From Eledone cirrhosa (Eukaryota), in NCBI GenBank assembly GCA_964016885.1, contig OZ024740.1:354454001-354518000 (forward strand): a stretch of DNA of 64,000 bases, in the 5' to 3' direction. Position numbers and translations under genes: made by a program. This document shows positions 60,450-64,000 of this stretch, one piece after another. Under the pieces are notes generated by a model. The model did not search any database. It saw only the letters and a program-made list of their open reading frames with translations, and was not told where the DNA came from. Numbering within the stretch: the stretch's first letter is position 1; the number at the start of each line of letters is the position of its first letter.

Positions 60450-60725
60450 CTAAAGTCTGTCTTAAGCCAGAAGGCTCATTTGGCCGGTGCTTATCCCGGT
60501 TTCATGGCGTGAAGCGACTGAGAGTACAAGACTCCCCCCTGGACAGGACGCCAGTCCATCGCAGGGTTAAACCTCCAGCTATTGCTGGTACTCATTTTCA
60601 GCTGAGTAGACCGGAGCAACGTGAAGTAAAGTGTCTTGTTCAAGGAAACAACACATCACCCGGTCCGAGAACTGAACTCACAACCTTTCAATTGCAAGCC
60701 TACTGCTCTAACCACTAAGCCTTCA
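60450..60725 (-). mobile_element. tRNA-derived CORE-like SINE with a different tail
   Basis: Head homologous to 25790-25880. Confidence 0.75.
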
Positions 60726-60729
60726 CATA

Positions 60730-61022
60730 TCTATATATATATAAAACTGAGGATGTCTGTCTGTGTGTGTGTGAGTTTGAATCCCTAAAACTCAAGAACC
60801 ACCCAACCGACTGTTTTCAAACTTTACACATGTAATACTTATGTTTCAGGGAGTGTTCTGAGCAAACAGAATTTCAAATTTTCAATGCCCTAGGGACCGC
60901 ATTAGGCGATTTAGCGATCTCTCTCTATAATCTTAGTCTTTCTCTTTTTAGATAGATACATACATATAACGTCCCGCCCTTATAATATCTGTCTGTATGT
61001 CTGGCTGTCTGCATTACGTCAC

Positions 61023-61096
<74 letters not shown>

Positions 61097-61713
61097 GTGT
61101 GTGTGTGTGCGTGTGTGTGTGTGTGTGTGTGTGAATCCCTAAAACTCGAGAAGTACCCAACCGATTTTTTTCAAACTTTTCCTGTGTATTACTGATGTTT
61201 CAGGGAGTGTTATGCACATTAAAAAATTCAACTTTTTGATCTCCTAGGGCCCGCATTAGGTGAAAAACTGCGTTTTTTAAGCTTTTGTTGAGGTGTTACG
61301 TCAGACCGATTTCCTTGTAATTGTAACTGTATTCGTCAGTCTCTTCTTCATACCGTGAGCAAAGAAAATCCAACTTTTTTTATGGCCCAGGGCCCGCATT
61401 AGGTGAAAAACTTCATTTTTAAAGCTTTTTAGGGCTTTTTGGAGGCGTTACGTCTAGCCGATTTTCCCCGAAATGTCAAGGCAAATTATGCACATAAAAA
61501 AAATTATTTTCTTGATCCCCTAGGGCCCGCATTAGGTGAAAACCTACATTTTTCCTGCTTCATCGAGGAAAATCTTAAAGATTATCCAGCCAACAGAGTA
61601 TTCGGTTTATTGTCTTTACATATTGTCCAGGCATGCAGTTTTTCCACGATTAGGTCTGTTGGAGGCCCGCGTTCCAAAATACCTTATCCGTGCAACGCCG
61701 GGTACCACTGCTA

Positions 61714-61714
<1 letters not shown>
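60730..61714 (+). mobile_element. Non-autonomous Helitron
   Basis: 5' A|TCTATATATATATAAAA; 3' hairpin ATCCGTGCAACGCCGGGT plus CTAG|T; internal repeats GGG(C/A)CCGCATTAGG x4. Confidence 0.8.
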
Positions 61715-61749
<35 letters not shown>

Positions 61750-61753
<4 letters not shown>

Positions 61754-63195
61754 TGTGAGGTTTTTGATATGAAATCGTCTGTCGAAACAAATATTGTTAT
61801 ACTTAGGGAGGGTCATATTTGTGTAATAATATTGCCAGAATTAATAACAGAACACACTCACTGTTTGGTTGGTTTTCGCTTCTGTATCTTTTATATCAGT
61901 TAATTTATTCGGTCCTCAATGTTTACCATTGACTGACCAACGGTCAAAAATACAAATATAATATAATATAGATATAAACACATATATATAGTCTAACAAA
62001 GTTCTTTCGTTGCACATCTGCAACATCATCAGTGGTAGTATTATGTTCCTCCTGTTGTATTGTATATCTACGCCATCTTTATTTAATCTGTTTATATATT
62101 TATTTATTTATTTTTGTCTTCTTCTCTGCGCATGCGTTTGCGTGTGTGTATAGTGTTTGGTGTGTATTTGCGTTTGGGTGACTGTGTTTTGGTTATTGTA
62201 TTCTATCTTAGTTTACTAGTGTGTGCTTGTATGTGTTTGTGTATATATTTATTTATATTTCTCTTAGGTCAGTATTGTTTGTTTGGGTGTTGTTATTCCA
62301 TTCATTTTTTCTGTTTAGCTTCTAAGTTCTATTTCACTTGCCTCTCTGATTTGCCTATCTGCTGGGTAATTTCTATGTTTAGATATTATTTTAATTTCTA
62401 TGTTGTCTATGTTACCGTCATGTTGTTGTCTGGCGTGTTCGTATAGTACTGAACCGTTTTTTCATCCTTTTAGTTCGCCCCAGTGTTGGTCTATATTTTC
62501 ACCTATGCTACGAGCTGTCTCACCTATGTATGTTGTTTCTGCAAGTACCCCCTGTACATCTTATGCTATAGACTACGTTTCTAGTTTTACAGTTTATTCG
62601 GGGGTTTATTTTACATATAATACATTTCTTATTAGTACAGTGGGTTTACTTATGGTAGTTCCTGGCTTTTCTACCACCTTAATCTTTAAGTGGGTCTTTC
62701 TCAGGGCCTTTCTACACTGGTTAGCTAATTTCCCTCCAGGGGTAGCGTCCAAGAACATGACATTCTGGTATCTCTGGTTGTCGTACCATGAGGTGGCTTT
62801 CCCTGTCTTATGTTTAGTCCTATCTAAGCTATTCCATGATTTGCTCCTGTATAATGGGCAAATTCCTTTCATGTCCAGTTCTATGAGGGTCTTATACTTC
62901 TCCGTGGCTCCTTCGTATACTCTGATTCTGTCTCTTTGGTTGTAGCCAGAGAACTGCATGCAGTTGATGAAGTGTTGGATGTGTCTTTCCATTTCTGTTG
63001 AGTCGCACATGCGGGACACGTTCTTCATCACTCGTACCATGTCTGCTATCAGAATATTAAACTTAGCACTACTGGACATTGTTGAGTTTTTGAGTATTTG
63101 GAGGCCATGGGTTTAGCGTAGTGTGAGTGGAGAATTTGGGCCCTCTCGTCTATAGTGTTAATCCAGAGTTCCGTGTCTAATACAGGTAGTCTTAA
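61750..63195 (-). mobile_element. 5'-truncated Penelope-like element (RT thumb + GIY-YIG endonuclease + hammerhead-bearing 3' repeat)
   Basis: Minus strand reads RLPVLDTELWI..HYAKPM.., ORF 62606-63079 (AKFNIL...FSGY), then after frameshifts CIIC..NCKTRNVVYSIRC..C and TYIGETARSIGE..QH (GIY-YIG). Confidence 0.85.
61993..62038 (-). ncRNA. Minimal type I hammerhead ribozyme in the PLE 3' repeat
   Basis: CUACCA-CUGAUGA-U-GUUGCA gaug UGCAAC-GAAA GAAC UU^UGUUAG (one stem I mismatch). Confidence 0.72.
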
Positions 63196-63227
63196 ACTAC
63201 CTGTATTAGACACGTGTATATATATAT

Positions 63228-63276
<49 letters not shown>

Positions 63277-63278
<2 letters not shown>

Positions 63279-63447
63279 CTAGATGAAATGTAGTTTGGGT
63301 TTGTGTCAGGTAAAAGTACCACAGACGCTCTTTTCCTTGTACGACAACTACAGGAGAAGTACCTAGCTAAAAGTAAACCCCTATACTTAGCTTTTGTTGA
63401 CTTGAAGAAAGCCTTTGACAGAGTACCCCGCTCCATTATCTGGTGGG
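63277..63447 (+). mobile_element. Internal RTE RT fragment
   Basis: GKSTTDALFLVRQLQEKYL..FVDLKKAFDRVPRSIIWW. Confidence 0.9.
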
Positions 63448-63591
63448 TTATTATTTCTCTGAGGAACTGGAATCATATTATTCCAGTTCCTCAGAGAAAT
63501 AACAACCCAACCAGGAGCTGGACATATCGGAGTATTGACTGAGTAAAACACTTCAACAACATGTATAGCTGTCTCTACCACACCAATTCGG

Positions 63592-63646
63592 ACTGCCTGA
63601 AGAGGTCACAGCCAATGATGGCTGTCACCGAAATATATATAGCAGT
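63592..63646 (+). ncRNA. Minimal type I hammerhead ribozyme in a probable PLE/retrozyme fragment (63444-63790)
   Basis: ACTGC-CTGAAGA-GGTcACAGCCA atga TGGCTGTcACC-GAAA TATATA TA^GCAGT; palindromic stem III ATATATAT. Confidence 0.8.
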
Positions 63647-63798
63647 ACATATTTAATAAACGAAGCCAAATTTTAAATATTTGACTTAATTATTTTACTC
63701 CAGAGTAACCAAACCAACCTGCGTACTTCGTTGAGTGCTCCAATTTGCATACTGAGGTGTCGGTAAACAACCAACATATACTCAATATATATATACTC

Positions 63799-63829
<31 letters not shown>

Positions 63830-64000
63830 GTATATATATATATGTAAAGAGTGAGGACCCCAACGGCTGAGCTCCGGCCGTCGGGGTCTTGACTTTTTTT
63901 ATATTACCTACTCTACTACCCTAAGTATTGAGTACTCTGGTGCGTTATGGTCTACCTGGTATCTTACCATACCCTCTTTGTTATATATATATATAGTGCT

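Overview
AT-rich eukaryotic DNA, most likely from an octopod cephalopod; this is inferred from the SINE and RTE families and the extreme (TA)n content. Almost all of it is nested transposable elements and microsatellites. The only host coding sequence I can support is the first coding exon of an ABCA-family transporter (minus strand, 1948-2013). The elements include many RTE LINE copies (one lineage with a PHD-type zinc finger inside the RT, another with an uninterrupted ~970-codon ORF), partner tRNA-SINEs, Helitrons, a piggyBac-like MITE, RLE-type LINE fragments and Penelope-like elements (PLEs). The main discovery is a hammerhead-ribozyme (HHR) system. A young tandem array of ~310-bp highly structured monomers at 40051-41821 carries a type I hammerhead in every unit, which is the architecture of a retrozyme (circRNA-producing) locus. 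At least five more well-formed and several decayed hammerheads occur in PLE repeats, alongside a PLE RT-thumb/GIY-YIG remnant that could be the mobilising partner. Recurrent fold-back inverted duplications are present, one of which starts exactly at a predicted ribozyme cleavage site. All folds and alignments were done by eye, and element boundaries are approximate unless stated.
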